Source: Octopus bimaculoides (taxonomy: Eukaryota). From it: DNA of 64,000 nucleotides. The notes beneath the pieces are model-generated. The model was not told where the DNA came from. It made no database searches and saw nothing but the letters and a program-made list of their open reading frames with translations. The stretch lies in the NCBI RefSeq assembly GCF_001194135.2, contig NC_068982.1, forward strand, positions 77,025,573 to 77,089,572, read 5' to 3'. The position numbers and the translations under genes are program-made. Positions 50,700 to 63,869 of the stretch are shown piece by piece. Positions within the stretch are counted from its first letter, which is position 1, and every line of letters begins with the position of its first letter.

Positions 50700-51135
50700 C
50701 TTAGCTTGTTTCACTCACTAGACTGTGGTCATGCTGGGGTACTGCCTTGAATTTTTAGGCGAATGAATCGACCCCTAGTACTTTTCTTTTTTAAGAAGTG
50801 GTACTTATTCTATCGGTCACTTTTGCCAAATTGCTAAGTTAAAAGGACACAAACACACCAACACCGGTTGTCAAGTGGTGGGTGGGACACATACACACAT
50901 ATATATATAGTCAGTTACTAAAAAAAACATATCAGAAAGCAGCACACTCTAAAAATATAGAGCAGTTTATTACAACAACATTTTATATAGTTACTCAAGC
51001 TTCTTTCAGTTTCCATCTACCAAATCCACTCACAAGGCTTTGGTCAGCCAAGACTATAGTAGAAGACACTTGCCCAAGGTGCCACGTAGTGGGACTGAAC
51101 CTAGAACCATCTGGTTGAGAAGTAAGATTCTTAGC
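50700..51135 (-). mobile_element. Family A SINE facing a + copy at 50478-50690
   Basis: Tail, core and head on the minus strand, directly abutting a plus-strand head and core copy. Confidence 0.82.
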
Positions 51136-51987
51136 AGTTCAGCTATTGACACTAAGAATAAGTACCAGACTTTAAATTAAGTACTGGAGTTGANNNNNNN
51201 NNNCCCCCCCATGACTGCAGTCCAATGGCTGAAGCAAGTAAAAGATGAGGCCAACAAGTTATTGTTTTGCTATTTGCCTTTTGTATCATATTTTAAGTTT
51301 GCTTCTTATTGTAAAAGCAATATTAAAAATTCTTCTACATACAACAGCTTCTGCAAAATTTGGAGATGAAAATAGAACCGATGGTATGTTGTTTTTAATG
51401 TTTGTTTTTATGAGGTTCAGGTTATTTGAAATACACAGAGGGGAGTAGCCTACAAGTATTGGAATGTTAAAATGATTTTCAAGACTTGCAGGAAACATTG
51501 CCATGCTCGTTTGCCTTAAAAACATTAGTAGAAACTCTTGCATCAGAGTAATAATGTAAATCATTTTTGTATGTATTCGTAACATTCAGACCAAAACTTC
51601 AAGTCTGTGCAGGTTTAATATTCTGACTAACCAGTCACTCATTTAATCAAGTAATATGTCGACTGTGTACCGTGCTCTTTCATGGATGACATGTATGCAT
51701 TGCATGCACAGTGATTGCTGCTGAAGCAAAAGTAAATAATGGAGGGAAAAACCAGTGAAGAATAGCAAGTTACTGGCTCAGGAAAATATTAGGATTAATG
51801 GTAACTGCATTTGGGAAGGGATGTCAAAAGTCCTTTTGTTGTTGTTATCATTAATTATTATTTAGTAAATTGTATGGAAGACTGGATGACTATTAATGGT
51901 GTTTCAATACAAGTTAGGAGTCCTGCCAAAACCTCAGAATATCATTACTGATCAAGAGAACAAAATATCAGACCTTTTTTTCCTCTC

Positions 51988-52041
<54 letters not shown>

Positions 52042-52260
52042 TCTCTCTNNNNNNNNNNNNNNNNNNNNNNNNNNNNNNNNNNNNNNNNNNNNNNNNNNNN
52101 NNNNNNNNNNNNNNNNNNNNNNNNNNNNNNNNNNNNNNNNNNNNNNNNNNNNNNNNNNNNNNNNNNNNNNNNNNNNNNNNNNNNNNNNNNNNNNNNNNNN
52201 NNNNNNNNNNNNNNNNNNNNNNNNNNNNNNNNNNNNNNNNNNNNNNNNNNNNNNNCTCTT

Positions 52261-52308
<48 letters not shown>

Positions 52309-53392
52309 AAAAAAGCAACTAAAATGTGACTGTGGTTGAGAAGTTAGGTGCTGGTTTGGCTTTGCGGTTAAGAAGTCCACTTTGCAATCATGCTTCGGAT
52401 TCAGTCTCACCATACAACACTTTGGGCAAGTGTCTTCTACTATAACCTCAGACCAACCAATTCCTTGTGAGTGAATTTAGTTGATAGGAACTATGTGGTA
52501 GCTTGTCATATGTGTTTGTGTTTCCCTCCTTCCTCTTCACTGCTTGATAATTAGTGTTAGTTTATTTGTGTCAGTTTGTTTGACTAACCCTGCTGACCTG
52601 AAACCACATGGTTGAGAAGCAAACTTCTATATACTTCTATCTGCAAGTTCTTTTCAAACAATATCAACTACACAATACACCATCATATCTACACTCCAGC
52701 CTACGAGTGAAAGTAACAAAAATATACTGCATTAAAAAGCTTGCTTTGCAACAACACGGTTTCAGGTTCTGTCCCACTGCATATCACTTGTACAAGTGTC
52801 TACTGTAATCTTGGGTTGGCCAGTACCATGTGAGTGAATTTGCTAGACAGAAACCATGTAAAAGTCCCTCATATGTGTTTGTCTCTGTCTCTCATCACCA
52901 TTGCTGTTGGTTTATGTCCCTGTAACTTAGCTGTTCTGCAAAAGAAACCAAACTTTAAAAATAAGTATTGAAGCACTACTCCCAGCATGGCAGTAACAGA
53001 AACAAGTAAAAGAAGTTAGGAAGGTCATGAGATGGGAACTTCATGTGATAACTTTTTTTTAGCTACAACCTAACATTCATAGAGGAAAGACCATTTATTT
53101 CCATATTAGCTGGGTGGAGTTTAAATTACTAGCTCTTTGTTAGAAACTACTTTCATGTTTTACTATTTTTTTTATTGATTGTTGATTGTTTCTCCTATTG
53201 CTATAAAAAGCTTTACTGTCCCTTAACAAAACAACTGTTCTAATATTATCTGGTCTGAAAATAACTCGCTTGATATACTCCTCAGTAAGTCTAAAATATT
53301 GATTGGGATAACATCAGCTGTTGTGTGACCTGAAATAAAGTGTTATCAATGAAACATATAGCTAATTAATACAATTAATTAGGCTAATACAA

Positions 53393-53566
53393 CCCTTTAG
53401 CATTTAATCCAGCCAGATCTGGCTTCTCACACCTACCCTACAATGTCATTCTAAAAATATACATTCACATCATTCAAATCTCAATGCTACAAGATAATGT
53501 GTGATAAATTCAAAGCAATGTAAATAAATAAGCATTACATTTGGCAGTAATTTAAAGGCTAAAGAA
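53393..53566. mobile_element. Second TTAA-type MITE
   Basis: Termini CCCTTTAGCATTTAA and TTAAAGGCTAAAGAA, followed by TTAA at 53567-53570. The left TSD has decayed. Confidence 0.4.
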
Positions 53567-54129
53567 TTAATTTGAGGAGGAACTGAAGAACAGCCTTAAA
53601 TTTTAAGATTACTAAATACAGACATTGTCTATAGGTGCAGGCATGACTGTATGCTTGAGTAGTTTGCTTCCCAAGCATATGGTTTTGAGTTCAGTCCTAC
53701 TGCATAACACCTTAGGCAAGTGTCTTCTACTATAGCCCTGGGGCTAACCAAAGCCTTAGTGGACAGAAACTGAAAGCTTTCATGTCTGGCCAAAGAAAAA
53801 CATGGGAGTTAGCAACAGGAAGGACATCTGGCTGTAAAAAAATCTGTCTCAATAAATTCCATCTGACCTATGCAAGCATAGAAAAGTGGATGTTAAAATG
53901 ATGATGATGGTGAAATATTAGGATTCCAGCCAGTCGGCTAATGTTACTAACCTTTTATAAATGTTGTCTAGTCCATATCCAGAAATAGAAGTGTCCATAG
54001 ATAGTTTGAACTTATGTTAGAGAAGGTATGGTAAGAATTTATAATATTCAGTATCATGGTATATGTATTGAAATGTGGTTTGGTTGTGCTCAGACACAAG
54101 TTTATATAGTACAGTTAATAGAAACTAAT

Positions 54130-54400
54130 ATGTTAATTGTAGCTTTGTGGGTTATCAACTGCTGAGAATGCATACAGCATTAGGGTATAGGCTGTTCTTA
54201 AACTGATCTGGTTCTTATTTTGAAAGAACTGAATCTGTCTTGAATGGAGAGAACTGACTAGCTTATCAGCATGATGGCTTCTGTCACCTGAGTTGTATGT
54301 GTGTGGTAAATATCAGAAGCTGGGTAGAGCAGCAGTGAGAACAGATTTCTAGTCTTGGGTGACAGAGATGTTACCAAACGAGAGAGTAATTGAGCAGTAA
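54130..54400 (-). mobile_element. Rex1/Babar-like LINE 3' end relic
   Basis: Minus strand ...DQFKNSLYPNAVCILSS* resembles the RTTRFKNSFYPQAIRLLN terminus of Rex1-group ORF2. Short and degenerate. Confidence 0.5.
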
Positions 54401-56703
54401 TCAATTCAAACATTCAGTGCTAAGGAGCATAGCTGTGTGATAAAAGAACATTTACTTTGCAACTGTGTGGTTGTAAATTATATTCTACTATGTAGCACCT
54501 TGTTAGGTCTCTTATGCAGCCTGTAGCTTATGACTAGGTGTTGTGGTAAATGATTGAAATTTAAGTCACAAATTACCACTGCTCGGTCTAAATTACCTTA
54601 GATTGCAGAGAAAATAAGACATTACTGGGCTTATTCTATTTGTGTATCTGAATTAACCAACCCACACTATATATCTTCAATCAAATAAAATCCCTGTGGT
54701 AGGGTGACTGTTGGTACACAACTTAATCCTTCTATCTTCCCCACATGTCAGCCAACTTCATGTTCTCCACCATGATATTGCTGAACCATTCCATCTCTTC
54801 CTTTACCTTTTTCACCATAGACTCTCCATTCATGACCAATATTCATCTTGAGATAAGATGTCTCAGTATTGTGTTACATAATACCACTTCATTTTCCACA
54901 CTTTTAACAATTGGCTGAAACATTTCTGAGTTCACCATCTTCTAAACAATTTCTTTTTTAACGTTCCATATTTTTTGTATATAGAATGAAAAGTGTCTTT
55001 CTGTAACATTCCATCTCAGTTCCAGTTGAAATTAGTATTGCATTTTCTTGCTGGAGGAGGATTTTAATTTGTATCTTTGTAATTAGTTGTCCAGCACCTT
55101 AATTCTGTAGTTAGTGTACCTCTTTACATTTGGAATCTAATTCTTGATTAAAGTTAATGGATTTGTAAAGGTGACATGTTTTCCAGGCAGATAAGAATTT
55201 TACTTTATATCAGAGAGAAAAAAATCATGAAAATTATGGACATTTTGTACTTATATATATTTTACTCAGAACTTGTCTGTCTTACAATGGATACCTATCA
55301 TAAACCCATATTTTATGATGGGCTGATGTCTATGCCCTGCAAATATTGTGCTCAAAACTGAATTTTCTCAGGATATTTTTGTAGCATAGTGTTCAAGAAT
55401 TTTTCTTTGTTGTGCTCACAAAGCAAGCTATAAGTACACAAAATGTACAGTAGGACCTCGGGTACGCTGGCCAAAGGACTTCATAGCCAGTAGATGATGC
55501 ATGAATAATGTAAACTGAAAACTACAAGTGTCAGGTGATTCAATAGTGTTACTAGTTTTAAACAGAATTTAATGAAAGATTGCAGGTACAATTTCTTCAA
55601 GAGAGACAGACCTGCTTTATAGGTGATTGTCTTGGCTGTGTAGTTAAGCTCATTATACAACCATGTGATTTTGGTTCAGTCTCACTATGCAGCAACTTGG
55701 GCAAATGTTTTCTACTATAACCTTGGTCCAAATAATACCTGCTGAGTGAATTTGGACAGAAAGTGAAAGTCTGTTGTGTGTGCACACGACTATTTGTGTG
55801 TGTATGAGAGAGAGAGAAAGAGTACCCCCACACACTGCTTGGCAACCACTGTTGGTTTGTTTGTCCCCACTCTAACTTTAGCTCAGCAAAAAATCTTGTA
55901 GAATAAGTACCAGGTTTAAAAGTGTATGTACTGGTGTTAGTTATTCAGCTAAAATTCTTCAAGGCAATGCTTTAGCACAGCCACTGTCCTATGGCTGAAA
56001 CAAGTAAAAGGTAAAAAGATAAGATTATTGGATATTACTGTTGGAAAGTTGTTTCTAATTTAAGTGCAAGGCTAGCATTTTGTGGAGAGAGTGCAGTTGA
56101 TACCAGTACTTATCTGGCATTTTGATAACCTTGCAAGGATGAAAGGCAAAGTTGACCTCCGATTTGAATTCAGAATCTAAAGAGCAAGAAGAAATACCTT
56201 GTGTGATTTTGTCCAATGATGTAATCATTCCGCCAATTCACCACTTTTACAATAATTAAACGCTGGAATTAATTAGGAGTTTTATTATTTAATCTATGTA
56301 TAATGTATGCTGAATAACTATCAGTTAATGATTTGTAATAATTAAGAGTTAGTTGAAAGTGTACCAAAGATAGTTTTTTTTGTTACGTGAAATCTTTTGT
56401 GATCATATTTAGAACATTGCAAAACTAAAGTAGAATCAAATATACACAGTGAGAAAGAAGTATTCATGAGTTTTTGTCTCAAAGCTAATGCAGGAGATAA
56501 CTTAGTGGTCTTAGAATATGAGTGACTTAATAAATATATATTTGTTGGTACAGTGAAAGGAAACTGTTTTAAAAAATTGTAAATATTTTGAGATGCCATA
56601 CAAATGATAATAGTTACATTGGTGAATGTATATTTAACATTTGGAGTATTAAAATGATGGAGTTGGAGATATATACATACATAGAGAGAGAGAGAAATAG
56701 AAA

Positions 56704-57946
56704 TTAGGGTCTTCAGTAAGTAATTGCATTCTTTCACCACTATGAAATATGAACCAAAAAACACATCAGAGCCAAGGTCAAATGGGCAAGATCTAAAAAT
56801 AGTATATCATTTCTCTCCCACAATGTGTCATTCATAGTTATTTAAGTAATTAACCCCATGGAGGATAAGAACTTTATGTAACAACATATTCACCACTGCT
56901 TGCTGTATGTGTTTGAAAAGAAAAGTACCACTACAGAAGTAATAATAAACATTTGTGAAGTGTATCCAGATGCAGTGAAAGCTCGTACATGTCAGCTGTG
57001 GTTTAAAAGGCTTAAAGTTGATGATTGTGACATATCCAACAAGCCTTGCTCTGAAAGATAACCCACTCTGAATGGCAACCTTTTGAATGAGGCTATTGTA
57101 CCAAATCCATATCAAAGCACCAGAGATTTTGTGCAAAAATTTAATGTTTTATGTTCAACTATCCACAAACATCTCTAGCAAATTGAGAAAACGTGCAAAG
57201 AGGGAATTTGGGTTTCACGAGCTTACACTTGAAAACTGAACAATGTTCCATCTGCAGCAATCTTCTAACCAGGAATAACATCCTGTTGTTTCTGCAGTGC
57301 ATTACTACAGGTGATGTAAAATGGGTTTTTCATCACAACAGAAAACAAAAAAGACAATGGTTATCACATGAGAAGGCAGTGCCAACACCAAATCTAGAAT
57401 TCTATCTGCAAAAATCCTTGCTCTGTGTTTGGAACATGAAAGGTATTATCCATTATGAGCTACAGGAACATGGAACAACCATCAATGCAAATATCTACTG
57501 CCAACAACTTGATTGTATAAATGAAAAATTACATCGAAAGTGGCCAGCTTTGGTAAACAGAAGTGTTATTCTCCAGCATGACGATGCATGGCCACATTCT
57601 TTAAAACAAACCCAAGAAAAAAATAAGATCGTTAGGATGAGAAATTCTTCCACATCCTCCATACTCACCTGACTTAGAACTTAGATTTCCATCGGTTCCA
57701 ATTACTAGAACCTTTTATAAGAGGCAAAACATTCAGGAAAGTGGAGAAGTTGAAAAGTCTTTCAGACTTTTTTCCAGAAAAGAAATTGGTCTCTTTGAAC
57801 AGCATAAAAAAGTTACTTTCCCATTGGGTTGCTGTCGTTGAAAATGATGGTGATTACATTCTTGATTAAAACTATTCAGATGAACATAGTTTGCATTAAT
57901 TTTTATATCCTTTCTGGTAAATGCAATTACTTTCTAAATACCCTAA
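56704..57946 (+). mobile_element. Full-length, inactivated mariner (Tc1/mariner DD34D) transposon
   Basis: 28-nt inverted termini 56703-56730 (attagggtcttcagtaagtaattgcatt) and 57920-57947 (reverse complement attagggtatttagaaagtaattgcatt), 25/28 identical and Hsmar1-like; the outermost base overlaps the TA target site. TA at 57947-57948; the left TA has decayed to AA. Encloses a transposase pseudogene. Confidence 0.95.
56858..57869 (+). pseudogene. mariner transposase pseudogene
   Basis: ATG 56858 to TAA 57869. Motifs: WV(PHEL) relic, ITTGDVKW (first D), LLCVWNMKGIIHYEL, LQHDDAWPH (HDNARPH), YSPDL at 57662, C-terminal ENDGDYILD*. Multiple in-frame stops and frameshifts. Confidence 0.93.
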
Positions 57947-58106
57947 TATATATATATTCAATAAATGAGATCAAGAGAATTTCAATATAGAAAACACATA
58001 GTAGTGTTCAAATGATTTGAACTTACACTCCAATATCTTTACTGAGGACCAAGTCAACAGGGTAAAGAATAGCCACTCTTTACTATAAATATATATAATA
58101 TATATA

Positions 58107-58340
58107 GGCGCAGGAGTGGCTGTGTGGTAAGTAGCTTGCTTACTAACCACATGGTTCCGGGTTCAGTCCCACTGTGTGGCACCTTGGGCAAGTGTCTTCT
58201 ACTATAGCCTCGGGCCGACCAAAGCCTTGTGAGTCGATTTGGTAGACGGAAACTGAAAGAAGCCTGTCGTTTATATGTATATATATATATGTGTGTGTGT
58301 TTGTCCCCCACCATCGCTTGACAACCGATGCTGGTGTGTT
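58107..58340 (+). mobile_element. Dominant tRNA-derived SINE (family A), young 3'-truncated copy
   Basis: Head ggcgcaggagtggctgtgtggtaag..ggttccgggttcagtccc, then core ggcaccttgggcaagtgtcttctactatagcc..ggaaactgaaagaagcc, then (TA/TG)n. More than 20 further copies by eye, e.g. + 7915-8180, 34415-34765, 45965-46330, 52365-52590, 52735-53015, 53633-53910, 55615-56015; - 12680-12870, 15770-16085, 20160-20325, 24700-24865, 35060-35250, 48340-48490, 61895-62045. Confidence 0.9.
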
Positions 58341-59317
58341 AATTAAGCCAAAGATACACTAAACATTGGAGTTTTCATTTAATCAGTGAGTTCTGATATA
58401 ATTTGTGGCAATTTGCTGTACTTGAAAGGATGCGTCAAGCGAAGTAAATTCATTGTCATCCATACTTTCAAGCTTGACCTTTACAGGTGCTGTTGCTGCA
58501 TAAATGTACCTGTGGCAAGTAAGAAGCATCCACCACACTGTAAAGTGGTTGACATTAGGAAGGGCATCCAGCTGTAGAAACCATGCCACAACAGACAACT
58601 GGAGTCTGCCCATTTCCTGTCAAACTGTCCAACCCATGTCAGCATGGAATACAATGATGATGACACTTTTATTTCCCCAACAGCAATTATCTTTTGCTCT
58701 TCCATTTGATGACCTAGTCTTTTCTTATTCATGTGGAAGTGAGGTTAGTGTGATTGCTATTTAATTGAACTGTTGATGATTCATTAAATAGCCGATCGAG
58801 GAGTGCCAAAAAGGTTATGAGCTCTGCACTTCCTCTTCAAGATATATGCAGGCCCATATATACTGACATCTATAGACAGATAAGTACATAAATTTCAGGT
58901 TCACATACTAAATGCTATGTAATTAATACACTCTTTTCCTTGCTAGAAACAATACTCATTTACCTGGAAACCTCCATCAATGAGAAACTCATGAGTAGTA
59001 TATGTTGGATTCCTAAACTTGAAATATTAATACACTGTACTGACTTAGTATTTAAGTACTCTTGTACTCTTTTCATTGTGACAAACCTCATATACAACTA
59101 CCACTTTATATATATATATATATATATAATATATAGTTTTAGGGAAAATAACCAATTTTCAAGAACTCATCGATGAAAATCCACTATCACATATAGAAAA
59201 ATTAATAATTAAAAGCACAATAAATGAGTATAATATAAAGTAAAGTAAATATCATAAGATAAATATTATATTTATCTTATGATATTTACTTTACTTTATA
59301 TTATACTCATTTATTGT

Positions 59318-59732
59318 NNNNNNNNNNNNNNNNNNNNNNNNNNNNNNNNNNNNNNNNNNNNNNNNNNNNNNNNNNNNNNNNNNNNNNNNNNNNNNNNNNN
59401 NNNNNNNNNNNNNNNNNNNNNNNNNNNNNNNNNNNNNNNNNNNNNNNNNNNNNNNNNNNNNNNNNNNNNNNNNNNNNNNNNNNNNNNNNNNNNNNNNNNN
59501 NNNNNNNNNNNNNNNNNNNNNNNNNNNNNNNNNNNNNNNNNNNNNNNNNNNNNNNNNNNNNNNNNNNNNNNNNNNNNNNNNNNNNNNNNNNNNNNNNNNN
59601 NNNNNNNNNNNNNNNNNNNNNNNNNNNNNNNNNNNNNNNNNNNNNNNNNNNNNNNNNNNNNNNNNNNNNNNNNNNNNNNNNNNNNNNNNNNNNNNNNNNN
59701 NNNNNNNNNNNNNNNNNNNNNNNNNNNNNNNN
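59318..59732. other. Assembly gap
   Basis: N run. Other gaps at 16882-17023, 19783-20155, 29981-29990, 33087-33096, 51194-51203 and 52049-52255. Confidence 1.
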
Positions 59733-60484
59733 GCCAGTACCGCCAGATTGGCCCTCTGCCGGTGGCACGTAAAAAGCACCCACTACACTCTCGGAGTGGT
59801 TGGCAATAGGAAGGGCATCCAGCTGTAAAAACTCTGCCAGATCAGATTGGAGTCTGGTGTAGCCATCTGGTTCGTCAGTCCCCAGTCAAATTGTCCAACC
59901 CATGCTATCATAGAAAGCAGACGTTAAATGATGATGATAATAAAACCATCATCTGCCAGGTGCTTGTCATGTCCAGGAGTTGGCTTGCCAAGACTCTCCA
60001 GTTCCCTCTGTGTTGTGCTGCATGTAAACAATCAATCAGGCTCTTGTTTCCACTCCTTTCTTTGATGCCATCAGTTCATAAACCTTTTTGACAGCCTTTT
60101 GCTCTCTTTCTTTCTGCACTTCCTGCTCAGGTGATCTTTATTAGCAACTCGTAGTGCATTGTATGGTCCAAAACATGATGGCTTTGTGGACTTCATTCAT
60201 GATAACATCATGGTGTAACCATGACTAATGTTCTGGTGGTCTGAAGAACTAGCCTTCAGATCCTCATGGAATAATTTTGTAGATTGGATTTCAGCTGTGT
60301 AAGTGTAGATATTCTAAGTAATTCATATGGTTGCTAAACTGCCATATTGTCATAGGTCCCCATGTTATATCTGCTATTCAACAATGAGATGTAATATTGC
60401 ATTTCTTCAGTCAGATGACAATGGGGATGGAGTGAGGAATTTGTGAGCTGTACAGTAAATGTTATTGTTTTTCTCTCATTCCAG

Positions 60485-60651
60485 TGGAGGTCGAAACAAC
60501 AAAACTTTCAAGCCAAAGAAGAACATTCCAGAAGGTACACATCAGTATGATTTGATGAAACATGCTGCTGCCACTTTAGGTAGTGGCAACTTGCGTATGG
60601 CTGTGCTGCTACCTGAAGGGGAAGACCTTAATGAATGGGTTGCTGTCAATA
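60485..60651 (+). CDS. MOB1: MOB kinase activator 1 (MOB1A/B, mats orthologue), internal coding exon equivalent to vertebrate exon 2; gene partial in window
   Basis: Translation GGRNNKTFKPKKNIPEGTHQYDLMKHAAATLGSGNLRMAVLLPEGEDLNEWVAVN is near-identical to the MOB1 N-terminus. Acceptor ttttctctcattccAG ends at 60484 and donor GTAAGT starts at 60652. The exon is 167 nt with upstream phase 2 and downstream phase 1, matching my recollection of vertebrate MOB1 exon 2. T12 (codon 60504) and T35 (codon 60573) equivalents are conserved. The next exon (TVDFFNQ...) is not in the remaining 3.3 kb. Confidence 0.96.
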
Positions 60652-60786
60652 GTAAGTAGCCTCAAGCCACATAACTCTTCTCAGCTTCTTATCTCATTTT
60701 AATTTCAATGTTTTGTCTTGTACATGTCTTTACTGCCACTCCACATTATTCTCTTGATTCTATCTCTTTCTGTCTATATATATATA

Positions 60787-60833
<47 letters not shown>

Positions 60834-61483
60834 ATTACGATGAAAGTAAACAAACAAACAAAGTTTGCTTTAGAAGTGTTGAGATGTCTTAGAATGTTAA
60901 AGAAGTGATTTTTTAAATTCTCATATGCAGGATAATGCTAATAATATAGCCTGAACAGGATAAACTACCCCTATTTTGCAGAAAAAAATGTTGGTGGCCA
61001 GCTATGAGACTCAAACTCACACCCCTGTGATTACACGTCACAGATTATATATAAGAACAGTAGTAAATAATCAGTAAATATACAAATGTATGTGCTGGCA
61101 TGTTTTCTAGATAAACATGTATCTCATCCGTTTGGTGCTGACCTACCACCTCTTGAAAGATCCATTTACATATTCCTTTTTTTTTTTTTTTATTCTACTG
61201 TCTAGTTTGTACTTTATACAGCAAGCAATAACAATTGAGAGCCTGGAGAATGTAAAGAGTCGAGGTGCAGCATCTTTTTTGACAATCTATCAAGACAGGA
61301 AGTTTCAAGATCCCTATTTGAAATTGAAAATGAACAAATTATTTTTTTGAAAGCCTTGTGTAAATAAGATATATACAGAGAGTGAAAGTAGATTTTGTTG
61401 CAAAAAGAAAACTTCCCAAATATATAGGCTTTCTGCAGAAGACTGGAAATGAACATCTTTTCTATAATGGTAATGCTCGTTTA

Positions 61484-61798
61484 TGTGGAGGCACAATGGC
61501 CCAGTGGTTAGGGCAGCAGATTCGCGGTTGGAGGATTGCAGCTTCGATTCCCAGACCAGGCATTGTGTGTGTTTATTGAGCAAAAACACCTAAAGCTCCA
61601 CGAGGCTCTAGCAGGGGGTAGTGGCGACCCCTGTTGTACACTTTCACCCCAACTTTCTCTCGCTCTTTCTTCCTGTTTCTTGAGTAATGCTGCGATGGAC
61701 TGGCGTCCCGTCCAGCTGGGGGGGGGGCGCCGTAAAAGCTGGGAAACGGGGCCCATGAGCCTGGCTAGGCTTTAAAAGGGTGCATAAATAAATAAATA
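61484..61798 (+). mobile_element. Young tRNA-derived V-domain-like SINE with TSD
   Basis: A box TGGCCCAGTGG, B box GCTTCGATTCC, central GCGATGGACTGGCGTCCCGTCCAG (V-SINE core-like), (TAAA)n tail. Perfect 12-bp TSD AATGCTCGTTTA at 61472-61483 and 61799-61810. CpG-rich. Confidence 0.88.
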
Positions 61799-63869
61799 AA
61801 TGCTCGTTTACAATTACCATGTCCTGTTGAGACAACAGCACATATATACATACATAAATATGCATGTTTATATATATATATATATAGATATAGATATATG
61901 CAACAGGCTTCTTTACATTTCCATCTATTAAATCCACTTTCGTTGACCCAGAGCTATAATAGAAGACTATAGTGCCCAAGACACTGTGCAGTGGGACTAA
62001 ACCCAGGACTATATAGTCAGAAAGCAAACTTCTTAACCATGCATCTAAACACACACACAAAGCAACAGACTGCTGAAAGACAGGAAGCTGCACGTTTTTA
62101 TTTTTTGGAAACAATATATATAGATAGATGAATGCACATACACCATATTTTTATAAAATACATATTTCTGTAGATTTTTGTCTCACTTGACAGATTACAA
62201 TGATGTTTTTGTAGTTCAATATAAACACACTTTAGCTCCCTAAATAAAACTGTCTCTCTCTTCTCTCGCCATCTTTCATCTTCCTCCTCTCTCTCACTCC
62301 CCCTCCCCTTGGATGAACCATTAATGGGAGAAAGGGATTCTCAGCTGTAAAAACAACAGGAACTCCCTTCTATATTAGTAAATATTTAAGTAAATAGATG
62401 AATAATAACTTTGAACAGGCATCAAATTTTAAAATATTTAAATATTAAATCATAGCATTTTTATATCACAGGGTTTCACTTCTGATAAATGTAGCTGAGC
62501 TGAGGTGACATAGTTTTGATTTAGTGCTGCCTTTCAGTGGAGTGGGGCATAAATAAGAAACAAGCAGATAAAACTTGCAATAAAATTTTAATTGAAACTT
62601 CTTTTGTGTTAACATCATTATTGTTTAACATTAGTTTTCCATGCTAACATGGTTTTGACCATTTGGCAGGATGGGCTGCATGACTGCATTGAGCTCCACT
62701 ATCTGCATTGGTAGGATTTTTACAGCTGGATGCCCTTCTTAATGTCAACCACTTTACAGGGTGTAAAGTGTAAAGACCACCTTCGGTCACAAATGATTAT
62801 GGGATTGCTTCTAGAAAGTTACCCTCTGAGACACAAGTCCAGGCAAGGTTGTTTATGGAAAGCCAACAGTCATCCATGCTTACCAGCCTCATCTCTAAAC
62901 ACTACCAATGTTATCTAAGGGGAAAACAAAGGTTGATACCGCTTGACACCAGTGACATTGCAACTCATTTCTACAGTAATGTGAAATAAAGTGTTTTGCT
63001 CAAGAACACAATGCCATGCCCAGTCCAGTCCAGGAACAGACTTCACTATCTCATGATTGTGAGCCTGACACTCTAACCACTGAGTCATGCACCTTCCCTG
63101 ATGTATTGGCTACTTTTTCTCATGACACTGGCACTAGTGAGGTCGCCAAGTAACTTGCAAGACAAAGCAAAAGGAAAAAGTTCCTCAATAAAGTGGGATT
63201 GTAGTTGAAGGGAAGGTGGCTTTATGCCAGGTGTTGAGAGGGTATGATAGAGAAATAGGTATGATGCATGGCTAACTCACATTATATTGGAGTGGGTTGA
63301 GTAGCTGGAACAAAGATTTTGCTGACAAGTTGTCAGTGTACTTGTCAAGATACAAGAAGGTGAAGATAAGTGGATAGGTTAATAAGAGTGAAAGATGGTT
63401 AGAGAAGGTGGATAGAGGTAAATGGGATGAATGGTGTGGTCAGTGATAAATATCAGTATGGAGGTGAAAGTAAAAGAACTATCTCAGGAAGGAGGACGAG
63501 GAGGAGGTGATAAGTAGAAGTATAGGAAAGGTGGAGAGCAGCAGTATAATAAGCCTGTAAGAAAATCCAAAAATAGGGAAATATTGTGTAGGTGGGAGAG
63601 GTGGACAGAGATGGAGGACAATGGTAGCAGGGCATCAGTTGTGTGTATATATAAGCTTTGACTCTTATTTCTAGCAATACTGGTGCTGATTAGTGCCCTT
63701 TGTCACTTTAATAACATATGTATTTCTGTCTTTAGCTTATAAAATTGTGAATTGGCCACCCATATTATTTATAATATTCACTTTTACTGTTTATGAAACC
63801 AGTGTATGATTTCAACGGAAATCTTATAAACTGTCATGGCGAGCTGAGTTTAACTCTGGGCACAGTGAG

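Noticed and set aside
54690-55130. Possible RTE 3' relic (VMNGESMVKKV) on the minus strand
   Set aside because: Single weak motif with no RT core.
58107-58180. tRNA-like A/B boxes that might be called tRNA genes
   Set aside because: These are SINE heads: no cloverleaf or acceptor stem, and they continue into the SINE core.
60459-60484. ORF-track start MLLFFSHS for MOB1
   Set aside because: This is the intronic polypyrimidine tract and AG acceptor; similarity to MOB1 starts at 60485.
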